From positions 128,001 to 192,000 of the forward strand of contig JAHLWR010000003.1 in NCBI GenBank assembly GCA_019057815.1: a stretch of 64,000 bases of DNA, written 5' to 3'. The DNA comes from Candidatus Heimdallarchaeota archaeon. Its GTDB lineage: Archaea; Asgardarchaeota; Heimdallarchaeia; Heimdallarchaeales; Heimdallarchaeaceae. Position 1 is the first letter of the stretch, and every line of letters starts with the position of its first letter. The position numbers were made by a program, and so were the translations under genes. Shown here piece after piece: positions 50,108-59,781 of the stretch. Below the pieces are notes generated by a model. That model worked only from the letters and a program-made list of their open reading frames with translations. It was not told the DNA's origin and made no database searches.

Positions 50108-51625
50108 TTGACTGAAGATAGGCTAATAGATAAAATTATCGATGTTTCGCTCCGTAGAGGTTTTATATGCCCTACAGCTGAAATTTATGGGGGAGCTGGA
50201 GGATTTTATGATTATGGTCCATTGGGTACTCTATTAAAACAGAAAATTATCGATTATTGGCGTCAAAACTTTGTTCTTGATACTGATAATATTTTTGAAG
50301 TTTCAGGTTCTCTTCTTATGCCTGAATCTGTTTTTCAAGCTTCAGGTCATCTAGATGCTTTTGATGATCCTCTTACTCAATGTAGTGTCTGTAATTCTAT
50401 GTTTAGAACTGATCAGTTAATAAATGATGCAGCAAACATCAGTGCTGAAGGATTATCAATAGAAGAACAAGATAAACTTATTCAAGAGCACAATGTTAAG
50501 TGTCCTAAATGTAATGAAGATTTAAGTAAATCCCGCAATTTTAATTTAATGTTTAAAACAGAAATAGGTCCCTCTGGAGGATACGCTGGTTATCTACGAC
50601 CAGAGACAGCTCAGAATATTTTCATCAATTTTAAAAGATTGACAGCTTTTATGAGAAACAAACTACCTTTTGGGATTGCTCAAACAGGTTTTTCTTTTCG
50701 TAATGAAATCTCTCCTAGAAATTTCATTATACGTTTAAGGCAATTTGAACAGATGGAAATCGAGATGTTCTTCGATCCTGATGATAAAGAAGTTTCATCT
50801 CCTTTTGAAATAGCTGAGGATTTAAAAATAAATTTTGTTACTCACGAAATGCAAGAAAAAGGATGGGAAAAACCTCTATCACTTTCTCTTCAAGAAGTTA
50901 AGCAACAGAATTTAGTACCTAATGACTATTTGTTGTATTTTTTTGCTTTAGAAACAGAGATGTTAATTGATTTTGGTGTTAAACAAGAAGATTTTTGGTT
51001 TAGACATATGCTTCCTCATGAGACACCTCACTACTCAGGCGGAAATTTCGATTTAGAAGTTAATCTATCTGTTGGTCATAAGGAAATAATTGGTAATGCT
51101 TATAGAAGAGACTATGATCTGAAAAAACACTCAAAAGCTTCAAATTCGTCCTTTACAATAGCTTATTCCGATGGAAGGAAAGTTTTACCCCATGTAGTTG
51201 AACCTTCACTTGGTGTTGATCGTATCCTTTATACTGTTCTAGAAAAATGCTATCGCGAAGATGATAGAGGTTGGAGTTGGTTTCAATTCCCTTCTATTAT
51301 TGCTCCTTTGGAAGTTGCTGTCCTTCCACTAATGAAAAAAGATGGTCTAGCAAATCTTGCTTATGAAGTTCACAGGGAATTAAAGAACTCTGGATATATC
51401 TCTTTCTATGACGAGAGCGGTAAAATAGGCAAAAGGTATGCTAGGGCAGATGAAATAGGTATTCCTTATTGTATAACTATTGATTATGAATCACTAAAAG
51501 ATTCATCTATGACCATTCGTGACAGAGATTCGATGAAACAAATACGAATTCCTTTGGAAGATCTCGATATAACTCTAGGAGAACTCATGGATTCGGAAGT
51601 AGAATTCGAAGAATATGAACAATGA
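50108..51625 (+). CDS. glyS: Glycyl-tRNA synthetase (alpha2 type)
   Basis: FYDYGPLG, LRPETAQ, FRNEISPR, VVEPSLGVDR, IGKRYARADEIG. Confidence 0.97.
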   Translation: MTEDRLIDKIIDVSLRRGFICPTAEIYGGAGGFYDYGPLGTLLKQKIIDYWRQNFVLDTDNIFEVSGSLLMPESVFQASGHLDAFDDPLTQCSVCNSMFRTDQLINDAANISAEGLSIEEQDKLIQEHNVKCPKCNEDLSKSRNFNLMFKTEIGPSGGYAGYLRPETAQNIFINFKRLTAFMRNKLPFGIAQTGFSFRNEISPRNFIIRLRQFEQMEIEMFFDPDDKEVSSPFEIAEDLKINFVTHEMQEKGWEKPLSLSLQEVKQQNLVPNDYLLYFFALETEMLIDFGVKQEDFWFRHMLPHETPHYSGGNFDLEVNLSVGHKEIIGNAYRRDYDLKKHSKASNSSFTIAYSDGRKVLPHVVEPSLGVDRILYTVLEKCYREDDRGWSWFQFPSIIAPLEVAVLPLMKKDGLANLAYEVHRELKNSGYISFYDESGKIGKRYARADEIGIPYCITIDYESLKDSSMTIRDRDSMKQIRIPLEDLDITLGELMDSEVEFEEYEQ

Positions 51626-51684
51626 GAAGAAATTCTTTAGCTAACAAAGAAAAGATTAAGAATAGAAATTAAAATGGTGATTTG

Positions 51685-51831
51685 ATGACAAAATACATTT
51701 GTTCAAGATGTAAAAATGAAATAACCCCAAGCGAATTAAGAATATTACCAGGTGTTAAATGCCCTCGCTGTTCCAGTAGGGTACTATTCAAACAACGGTC
51801 TCTTATAGCTAAACCTGTTAAAGCTCGATAA
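51685..51831 (+). CDS. rpoP: RNA polymerase subunit Rpo12 (P)
   Basis: Manual translation MTKYICSRCKNE..LPGVKCPRCSSRVLFKQR..KPVKAR; GGTGA RBS; below the ORF-track cutoff. Confidence 0.9.
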   Translation: MTKYICSRCKNEITPSELRILPGVKCPRCSSRVLFKQRSLIAKPVKAR

Positions 51832-51977
51832 GTTCTAATTTTCAATTCTATTTTATCTATTTTATATTTCTTTGATATGTGATGTATTGATTCCTTATTA
51901 GGGCCTAAATTTCATTAGTAGAAGCACTAATTTCGAGCTTTTATTAATTGTAAGACTGGAAAAATGTCGATTCTATT

Positions 51978-53600
51978 CTAATAAAGTGACGATTCTCCTT
52001 CATTTATGATTTTACCTTCAACTAATTTATCACTAATAACCCCAGAGATTTTGACAGTAAGTATTTTTTTTATTATGTTACTAGAAGAGTAAATACTTAT
52101 GGCAGGCCCACTAAAAATAGGGTAACAAATGTAGGTATCTTCACGTTTCTTATCCTTTTCAGCTACTATTGTAGTAATTTCTGCGTTGATTAGGGATTTT
52201 TTCTTTTTTATGTTGAATTGAATGATAGTTTTTTTAAGTTCATCTCTTTTAATTTTTAGCAAATGTCTTTCTACTGGAGAAGGGGAGTTAGTTACTGAAA
52301 ATGGAGAATTAGGTAGCGGTAAGTATCTATAAACTGTTATCTTCTCTACAAAATCAAATATATTTTCCTCAATTGTTCTCTTAGTGATTTCTACTGAATT
52401 AACAGTTTCTCCTGGTAGTGAATGTATTAAGTAAATTTGAGGGGAAATATTATTCTCGCTAAACAGCTTTGCAGCTTCTAATGCTTTTGATGGTATGGAT
52501 GGTCTTCCTATTTTATTGCTATGATCTTCATCGAAAGTTTCACAGCCTATACTTATAGAAGTGTTTGGTAGATATTTACCAATTATTCTAGCAGCATCAA
52601 GATTTACTAGTGATGGTTTAACATTTTCGATTGATATGCTACAAGTATGTTCTTGCTGATCTCTTATTTCTGATAGTTTGGATAGTAACTCCTCGATTTT
52701 TTCTAGATTTGGAGTAGGATAAGTAGGAGAAAATAATGGCTCATCATTTTTGCCTCTACAATAGTCTAAGAAGCCAGGAGCAGAGAGAATGATTCGACTG
52801 ACACCTTTTGATAGTAGTTCATTGCATTCCTTTACTATTTGCTGAACATTTCGGCTTCTTGCAGGACCAAAAGTTGCTGGAACACTGCAAAAACCACATC
52901 CTGGTGGAATATCCTCTGGACATTTTTCTTCAGAAAAAACTTCTGGGATATCACAGAAGCTACAATTGCTACAACCACCATTTAGCTTGACTATATCTCC
53001 TCGAAGATGATTAGAGCATCCTCTAACTACTTCGACATACACTTTTGAAAACCAATAATCTGGATAATTTTGTATAATCTCAGTGGAGGGAGAAAATTCT
53101 TCAAAAAGAGAATGAGTGTGGCACATAATTCCTTTGAAAAGCACTTTATCTTTTACAAATTTAATGCAATAATATTGATTTGACTTTTTTGCCCTAAAAT
53201 TGTCTATAGAGAAACTGTTTTCTATTAAATCGGCTAAAATTCGCTCCCCCTCTCCTATTATGCCAATATCTATTTCTAGAGAGTTAATTAGTTCTTCGTC
53301 TGAGAGAATAGGTCCTCCTAGAATAATTTGTGATTTATTATTATTTTGTCGTATTTTTCTAATAACTCTCTTAACAGCGATTAGATCAACAGTCATCCCA
53401 CTTATAAGGAAAATCTCATTTTGGGAAATTAGGTTGGAAACACCTTTTTCTAGTAAATCTTCAACTCTAGAAATTTGAGTATTAAGATTATATTTCTCAA
53501 AAACTCCTGCTAATAACCGTGGTCCTACTCCGATGACATCTCGAGAATATTTTCTTCTTCCGTCGTTAGATGCTAATGAATCAATAATTAGGACACTCAC
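51978..53600 (-). CDS. B12-binding radical SAM enzyme with C-terminal TRAM-like domain
   Basis: IILGGP, IGEGE, EVVRGC...GCGFC, IGCET, HSLPGET. Confidence 0.85.
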   Translation of the reverse strand: MSVLIIDSLASNDGRRKYSRDVIGVGPRLLAGVFEKYNLNTQISRVEDLLEKGVSNLISQNEIFLISGMTVDLIAVKRVIRKIRQNNNKSQIILGGPILSDEELINSLEIDIGIIGEGERILADLIENSFSIDNFRAKKSNQYYCIKFVKDKVLFKGIMCHTHSLFEEFSPSTEIIQNYPDYWFSKVYVEVVRGCSNHLRGDIVKLNGGCSNCSFCDIPEVFSEEKCPEDIPPGCGFCSVPATFGPARSRNVQQIVKECNELLSKGVSRIILSAPGFLDYCRGKNDEPLFSPTYPTPNLEKIEELLSKLSEIRDQQEHTCSISIENVKPSLVNLDAARIIGKYLPNTSISIGCETFDEDHSNKIGRPSIPSKALEAAKLFSENNISPQIYLIHSLPGETVNSVEITKRTIEENIFDFVEKITVYRYLPLPNSPFSVTNSPSPVERHLLKIKRDELKKTIIQFNIKKKKSLINAEITTIVAEKDKKREDTYICYPIFSGPAISIYSSSNIIKKILTVKISGVISDKLVEGKIINEGESSLY

Positions 53601-54026
53601 ACATTACATATACATCGAAATGAAATATAATTTTCGGTCGTAGAAAACTTTTTTGTACTTGAGCTTAGATGAACATACTATTTTTTTAAATTAATAAGAG
53701 AACTCGTTTTAAGAACTGATCATTTACAACTAGAAAAAAAGATAAATTTAATAGAGAAACTGTAAAAAATAGAAAATCTAACAAACAATTACAATATTGT
53801 ACTCCTAGAAAAATGAGTGATGTCTACAAAATAAAAAAGCAAAAAAAAAAAATAATCGTTCATATTCAACTCGATTAATCTTTAGGATAGAACCAATTAA
53901 CATTTTTACGAGGATATACAGTTAGCAAATCCTTTCACAGCATTATTTCATATCCAAAAATGAGAATCTAGTTCTTTTTCACTTCTGATGCAAACATATA
54001 AAAAGTATTGAGAGGTAGTTTGCACA

Positions 54027-54338
54027 ATGGAAGAAAGTTGTAAAGTGTGCGGACTGCCAAAGGATTTGTGCGTCTGTGAAGAAATAGCAAAAGAAGAACA
54101 AGTTATACGTATTTTTTTGGAAAAACGAAAGTGGGGTAAGAACTACACTCTCGTCGTTGGTATCGATCCTACTGAAGTTGATCTTGGTGCTTTAGCTAAA
54201 AAGCTTAAATCGAAACTTGCATGTGGTGGAACAGCTAAAGAAGGAAGAATCGAGCTACAAGGTGATCATCGATTTAAAATAAAGGATATGATGATTAAGT
54301 TTGGTTTCCCAGATTCTAATATCGAAGTGCAATTTTAA
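54027..54338 (+). CDS. Translation initiation factor aIF1/SUI1
   Basis: CGLPKDLCVC, LKSKLACGGT, IELQGDHR. Confidence 0.95.
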   Translation: MEESCKVCGLPKDLCVCEEIAKEEQVIRIFLEKRKWGKNYTLVVGIDPTEVDLGALAKKLKSKLACGGTAKEGRIELQGDHRFKIKDMMIKFGFPDSNIEVQF

Positions 54339-54344
54339 TACCAG

Positions 54345-54605
54345 GTGAATACTATAAAACAAGCAAAAAATCAAGATGATTTAGATTTTGATGAATTTGA
54401 TGTTAAGATGAAACGAGGTTCGTATAAAGGAGTACTTAAGGTTTGTCCCCATTGTTTTTATCCTCTTAGAAACATAGAACATTTTCTTAGCATGAACATC
54501 AAGTATATTTGCACAAACGATGATTGTGGGTGGAAAGGGGGATTTGCCATTGAAGTTCTTTTAGAAGATTACAAAAAAGAGTTCAAAGGAAGATTAAAAG
54601 AATGA
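54345..54605 (+). CDS. Small zinc-ribbon protein
   Basis: CPHC...CTNDDCGWKG. Confidence 0.65.
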   Translation: MNTIKQAKNQDDLDFDEFDVKMKRGSYKGVLKVCPHCFYPLRNIEHFLSMNIKYICTNDDCGWKGGFAIEVLLEDYKKEFKGRLKE

Positions 54606-54660
54606 CTTTGGGTAATGTACAAAGCTTTATCTATTTGCTAGTACAGTTGGCCAATAACAA

Positions 54661-55497
54661 ATGAAAGCAGCTATTGTTATTGATTCAAGTAAGGAAATAC
54701 CTCATAAATGGTTCGAATATTACAACATCTTTCCTATTGGATATCTGATAAAAAATTCTAAAGGTATTCTTCTTAAAGAAAGGAAAACAATAAGAGAACT
54801 TGAGACATCAAATTTACTTAAATTAATGCTTAAAGATAAAAAATCTCAGTTACTTGCACCAAGTATCAAAGACTTCGTTGAATTATTCACCTATTTATCT
54901 GAAGAATTTGATTCAATAATCAGCCTTCACTCAACATTGATAACACCTGCAGTTTTTGAAAATGCTGTTTTAGCAAAGAAACTAGTTTCTGAAGTCAAGA
55001 TAGACGTGATTGATTCTCCGACTCTAGGACCTTCATCCGGGCTTCTAGTTGAAGAACTAGCAAAATTTATCTTAAATGCGAAAAATATCAATGAAATCAG
55101 AAAAGAATGTTTTTCATTGAACAAGCATATTCATTCTTTCTTGATAACTAAAAATGATAGACTTAACAGTGTGGGTCTAAGGAAAGAATCTATTTTTTCT
55201 GGAATACGCAAATCTTTCAAACCATATGAGACATATGAACTGTATCATAGCTCTTGGTCCAACTTATCAAGTGGTAGAAACCCAAGATCACTCGTAAAAA
55301 ATCTGATAAAGCAAATAGAAATAATTACTAAAGCTAAAGAATTCAAAAAAGTATTTTATGGTGGATCAGGGGAATTTGAAAAGAGTATTGAGAAAGTTCT
55401 AGAAGTAATCACTATAACTAATGCCATAAAAACAGAAACCTCGTTAGTGAGCTGTCAATTACTAGGTCCAAATTATGGGTCAATTGCATTGCTTTAA
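54661..55497 (+). CDS. Divergent DegV-like protein
   Basis: IVIDSS, APSIKDF, VIDS; ligand motifs eroded. Confidence 0.7.
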   Translation: MKAAIVIDSSKEIPHKWFEYYNIFPIGYLIKNSKGILLKERKTIRELETSNLLKLMLKDKKSQLLAPSIKDFVELFTYLSEEFDSIISLHSTLITPAVFENAVLAKKLVSEVKIDVIDSPTLGPSSGLLVEELAKFILNAKNINEIRKECFSLNKHIHSFLITKNDRLNSVGLRKESIFSGIRKSFKPYETYELYHSSWSNLSSGRNPRSLVKNLIKQIEIITKAKEFKKVFYGGSGEFEKSIEKVLEVITITNAIKTETSLVSCQLLGPNYGSIALL

Positions 55498-55500
55498 CTA

Positions 55501-56880
55501 GTGAAAGATGAGGATTCAGAATTTAGAATTATCCCATGATATGATTTTGTCATATTGGCATATAACAAGCACTTCATTAGAGTTTCATCGCTGGATAGCT
55601 CACTCTAAGGGGGTAAACCACGTACCCTCCTACCCCGCCCACACTACGTTTAGGTAGCGCTTGCGAATCGCCTTTAAGTAAAATGTTGTAAGCAGCATTA
55701 ACATCAGCGTTGATTAACAAACCTGTTGCAGAACGAAACAGTCCTCGGTGCACTCTCTTCCCCTTATACTTGGTCTGTTCCTGGGGTGACTCATTGTCTA
55801 GAAAACTACATTTAGAGGTATACTCCTCTTCAATAGGTTCAACCTTTATCCCTTTCTCTTCTGCTTTGTATTGAAGGATTTTGATGAGTTTTTCAAAAGG
55901 AATACTGACAAAAATTTGTGTAGTCTTCTTTCTCAACCTCAGTTGCTGTTTCCAGAGAGGATTGTAACCGATGTAAACGGTGTGTAAACCCCTAGTTTCC
56001 CAGAGGTCAACGAGGAACTTGCTCACCTGATGTAACCAATCTTTCACCTTCCATCTCCAGTGTTGACGATAAAGTTGGAAACGATTACCATAGTGTAACT
56101 TGTTCTTTTGACGTAACTGTTTGTGTTGCTGCAACGCATACTGCTTCTGTAACTTTTTCACTTCTTTCATATAAAATTGATTGATGGATTTTATCCCTTT
56201 CCCCTCGTCCTTGATGACAATCGGACGCGATCCGATGTTATCCACGAAAGTCACGAGGTTGATGGATCCTAAATCGATGGAACCTTTTCTACTTTTTTTC
56301 TTTCTAATTGCTTTGGGAAGATGTTTATGATAGACAATCTCGAAGGTGTATCCTATCCCTCTGGGGATGACACGTACCTCTCGTAAATTATCTAGTGACG
56401 TTAAACGTGTCTTGATAGTAAACTTAACTTTTTTTGGCAATATCACCCACCCATTGACAATTTTCGCTTGTTGGTTGCTGAAGATAGCTATAGTCTCCCC
56501 TGAAGGTTTCTTGAAATAGGGAGAGCAGGGACAACTGAGAAATTTGCTAGGTTGTCTCTTCCACTCTTTAATAGCTTGGAAGTAAGCTTTCCAGTTTCTT
56601 GACAATAATTTAAGTGTGAGTTGAGCGGTGTGAGCTGGTAAAAACTTGTAACACTGCTCTCCTTTCAATATTCTATCTAGGTCATTGTAAAATAGTAATT
56701 TGTTGTTTTTCTTCAACTCTTCTTTTATCAGAAAGTTTCCTCGATTATAGAGGTTCTTAGTTTGATGGCAAAGCTTGCTTAACTCCTTATCTTTTCTTAC
56801 TTCCATTATTTCTGTACGCAAGACTTTGTTCATCATAATCTTGATTTGTTTTCCCTATATAAACTCAGAAGAAATTAATA
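55501..56880 (-). mobile_element. IS200/IS605-family (IS1341-like) tnpB-only element; ends approximate
   Basis: tnpB without tnpA, visibly higher GC; candidate right end TTCAC at 55505-55501. Confidence 0.6.
55577..56836 (-). CDS. tnpB: TnpB RNA-guided endonuclease
   Basis: KNLYN, RuvC-I IDLG, EEEYTSKCS, RuvC-III NADVNAAYNI. Confidence 0.93.
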   Translation of the reverse strand: MMNKVLRTEIMEVRKDKELSKLCHQTKNLYNRGNFLIKEELKKNNKLLFYNDLDRILKGEQCYKFLPAHTAQLTLKLLSRNWKAYFQAIKEWKRQPSKFLSCPCSPYFKKPSGETIAIFSNQQAKIVNGWVILPKKVKFTIKTRLTSLDNLREVRVIPRGIGYTFEIVYHKHLPKAIRKKKSRKGSIDLGSINLVTFVDNIGSRPIVIKDEGKGIKSINQFYMKEVKKLQKQYALQQHKQLRQKNKLHYGNRFQLYRQHWRWKVKDWLHQVSKFLVDLWETRGLHTVYIGYNPLWKQQLRLRKKTTQIFVSIPFEKLIKILQYKAEEKGIKVEPIEEEYTSKCSFLDNESPQEQTKYKGKRVHRGLFRSATGLLINADVNAAYNILLKGDSQALPKRSVGGVGGYVVYPLRVSYPAMKL

Positions 56881-56885
56881 TGACA

Positions 56886-57689
56886 TTATGACAAATTCAA
56901 CCCATAAAAATTACATACATTTTCTGTTGTTATTCGAGCTAATTCTTCATTTTTCATCTGTTTTAGGTCTGCAGCATGTTTACAGAGAATCGATATAGCC
57001 GAAGGCTCATTGTTTTTTCCTTGTTCTAACGAATGAAAAGGGCTATCTGTTTCAAACATGAGATTTCTAGGGGGAATGAGATCTATTTTCCTCTTGTAAT
57101 TTTTCCTGTAAACAGCACTTGTTGGAACTGAAATGAACCATCCTTCTTCAACTATCTGCTTAACTTGTTCATCTGTACCATCGAAACAGTGCATCAAGAC
57201 ATCCTTAGCATTCATTTCTTGCAGAATTTCGATTGCATCTTTTTCCGCCTTCCTTGAATGGATAACAATTGGTTTTTTATTTTCTAAAGCGAATTGTATC
57301 AACTTATGTAAGTTTATTCTCTGTTTTTCTTGTTTTAAAGACTCCTTAGTCCAATGATAATCTAATCCTATTTCTCCAATAGCAACAATCTTGTCTTTGT
57401 TTGTTCTAAAATATTTAGTAAATGTATTGAAATCTTCTTCTGATACTGAAGAAGGACCTAAACCTAGAGACAAATACACTCCTGGAAATTCTGTGGTTCT
57501 AAGTCCAAACTCATAATTATCAGCTGAAATTGCACTATTTATGATTATTTTTACGTTTTTACTTCTAGCTCTCTCAATTACTGCTTCAATTTGGCTAAAT
57601 TTAAACCATGGTGGAAGTAAGTGGCAATGAGCATCTGCAAAGATTATATCATTTTCTCCGGTTTTTATTTCAATATTTGGATTTTTCAT
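56886..57689 (-). CDS. tatD: TatD DNase
   Basis: DAHCH, GEIGLD, IHSR, HCF, ETDSP. Confidence 0.95.
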   Translation of the reverse strand: MKNPNIEIKTGENDIIFADAHCHLLPPWFKFSQIEAVIERARSKNVKIIINSAISADNYEFGLRTTEFPGVYLSLGLGPSSVSEEDFNTFTKYFRTNKDKIVAIGEIGLDYHWTKESLKQEKQRINLHKLIQFALENKKPIVIHSRKAEKDAIEILQEMNAKDVLMHCFDGTDEQVKQIVEEGWFISVPTSAVYRKNYKRKIDLIPPRNLMFETDSPFHSLEQGKNNEPSAISILCKHAADLKQMKNEELARITTENVCNFYGLNLS

Positions 57690-57729
57690 TTTTTAATACC
57701 TCTACCTTTAAAATCAATAGAAGTAGGGA

Positions 57730-58719
57730 TTATTCTTCATTAAGTAAACTAGAAGCGAATGAGCGGAGCATGTCAATACCTCTAATTTCATTTTCGAATG
57801 TTTCTATCACTTTTATATCTTGCTTAGAAAATACTGAATTAATATACTCTACATTTTTCAACTGTTCTTGTCTACGTTGTCTACAATGTTTACATCCAGG
57901 ATTATCCGGGTTAAGCATATTGATAACAGAGAATTTATTTGATATTAGGTGATTTTTCAACTCTGTTGAAAGGCGCTCTGATTCAAAAACGCTCATCAAT
58001 GTTGGTATCATAACGATGATGAATTGAGTTTTTAGAGGATCCATTAACAGGTCTCTTGAAAACATAATCTTTTCTTTCATTGCTTCCAGTTTTTCAATCG
58101 TGGTATCTTTATCTCTTTGTCCTCCAAATAGTGATTTTACTAAACCCATTGCATTTGAAATGAAAGCTTTCATTTTTAACATTCGTCCAAGAAAAGAATC
58201 TAGAAATTCAGGAAGATTGAGCAATCGCAAAGTATGTCCTGTTGGTGCAGTGTCTAAAACAATAGTATCATAATCATCGTTTTGGGAGTATTCGAGTATT
58301 TTTGCAAAAGATAATGCTTCATCCATACCAGGAGGTGGTATCTCTTTAAGATCTTCTCCTAAACCTTGCAGTTCGGATAAACCTTGCCCTCCTAAGAGAT
58401 TTGTAAGCTGGTCTGTTTGTAAAGATGCCATTCCTAAGGATTTGGACATCTCCTCTCCTGCAGAATCAGGATTGATTTCTAAAACAAATAATTCTCCATC
58501 TATACCATCAACTTTAGTTATTTCACCTGAAGAAAAATCTAGAGCGAAAGAATCAGAAATACTATGTGCTGGATCTGTTGATATTAATAGAATCTTTTTG
58601 CCTTCTTCGGCTAAAGAAATAGCTATAGCAGAAGCAACACTTGTTTTTCCTACTCCACCTTTTCCACCCACAAGAAGAAATTTCAAGTCCATAGAAAGTA
58701 AATCACGAAGGGTCATCAA
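57730..58719 (-). CDS. Get3/TRC40 (ArsA-family) ATPase
   Basis: GKGGVGKT, STDPAH, DTAPTGH, Met-rich insert, C-terminal CKHC. Confidence 0.9.
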   Translation of the reverse strand: MMTLRDLLSMDLKFLLVGGKGGVGKTSVASAIAISLAEEGKKILLISTDPAHSISDSFALDFSSGEITKVDGIDGELFVLEINPDSAGEEMSKSLGMASLQTDQLTNLLGGQGLSELQGLGEDLKEIPPPGMDEALSFAKILEYSQNDDYDTIVLDTAPTGHTLRLLNLPEFLDSFLGRMLKMKAFISNAMGLVKSLFGGQRDKDTTIEKLEAMKEKIMFSRDLLMDPLKTQFIIVMIPTLMSVFESERLSTELKNHLISNKFSVINMLNPDNPGCKHCRQRRQEQLKNVEYINSVFSKQDIKVIETFENEIRGIDMLRSFASSLLNEE

Positions 58720-58784
58720 ACATTTTCTTAAGGTTGTTATATTTAAATTGATAGATTTGGAATAAAATAGAAAGAAAAAAAGAA

Positions 58785-59519
58785 CTATTTTTTCTTTTTC
58801 TGAACTTTCTTTTTAACTTCACGATTGCTTTTCTTTGCTGAGGGTCTTACAGAAGCTATCGGTTTCTTCTTTTTACCACGGAAGAATTTATTTAAATACA
58901 GAAAATCAAGTAGAGCGATTGTTCCAAGAGTTAAAAGTACAAGAAAGCAATAAAGTAGGGTTTTCCACCATAAATTTCCTTCAATAATAGGAATGTGTTC
59001 TATTTCGTAAACAAGAATGTTAAATTTATGAGAAATAGAAAGATATTCAGTACCTGAAAGATCATTGTATGTTACTTCAGTTGATTCTAGCGTGAAATTA
59101 CCTTCTTGAATAGGTTGTATATAGTAAAAATAGTTGATTGTAGCATTTATCTCAACTATAACATACTTTTGGACAGTAAAATTTGATATAGAGTATACCC
59201 ATGAACCAAAAAAAGGATCAGTAACTGTAAGATTGTAAGCTGTTCTGTTACCAACATTCTTAATTGTTACATTAATTATAACCCACTCATAAGGCTCAAG
59301 TAGAGTAGTATTTACAATTTTTTTTACTGATAGAATAGGTCTTGCTGGAATAGTGTCATTGTCATCATTGAAAACTAAGTTGTTACTTATTGGTTCTTTT
59401 TGGAAATCAAGTCTGTTACTATTTTCTGTTGAATTGTTTTGAGATTGTGCATTTGATATACTTATGAATAACAGAATTGTAATAATAAAGATAGTGAAAC
59501 TCTTGTTTTTAGTAAGCAT
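58785..59519 (-). CDS. TRAP-beta (SSR2)-like single-pass protein
   Basis: Signal peptide; LSVKK...IKNVGNRTAYNLTVTD...IQPIQEGNFTLESTEVTY; TM; Lys-rich tail. Confidence 0.6.
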   Translation of the reverse strand: MLTKNKSFTIFIITILLFISISNAQSQNNSTENSNRLDFQKEPISNNLVFNDDNDTIPARPILSVKKIVNTTLLEPYEWVIINVTIKNVGNRTAYNLTVTDPFFGSWVYSISNFTVQKYVIVEINATINYFYYIQPIQEGNFTLESTEVTYNDLSGTEYLSISHKFNILVYEIEHIPIIEGNLWWKTLLYCFLVLLTLGTIALLDFLYLNKFFRGKKKKPIASVRPSAKKSNREVKKKVQKKKK

Positions 59520-59781
59520 AATGTCTTAACCTTATGAGACTTCTAACATGTGTCGGACGCTACGCTTAAATATTTTACTTTTGAAGAAGAAAATTGATAT
59601 CATTACATTTTTAATTCATTGCTAACACTTTTGTTTTGCAAAATTCTTTTGTTCTACGTTTTATAGCCTTGCCTTAATCATAGAAGCTAACAAATTGGTT
59701 CCCAAAATATCTATATGATATACTCTAGTTTATTCTGGACAACATAACTTACTAGATGTTCTCCATCCATATAACAACCCA

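Noticed and set aside
55540-56900. TATGACAAA.TCA inverted match flanking tnpB as terminal inverted repeats
   Set aside because: One copy lies inside the tatD coding end, and IS200/IS605 elements lack TIRs
57730-58719. Arsenite-resistance ArsA
   Set aside because: No ars genes nearby; single domain with Get3-type insert and CxxC
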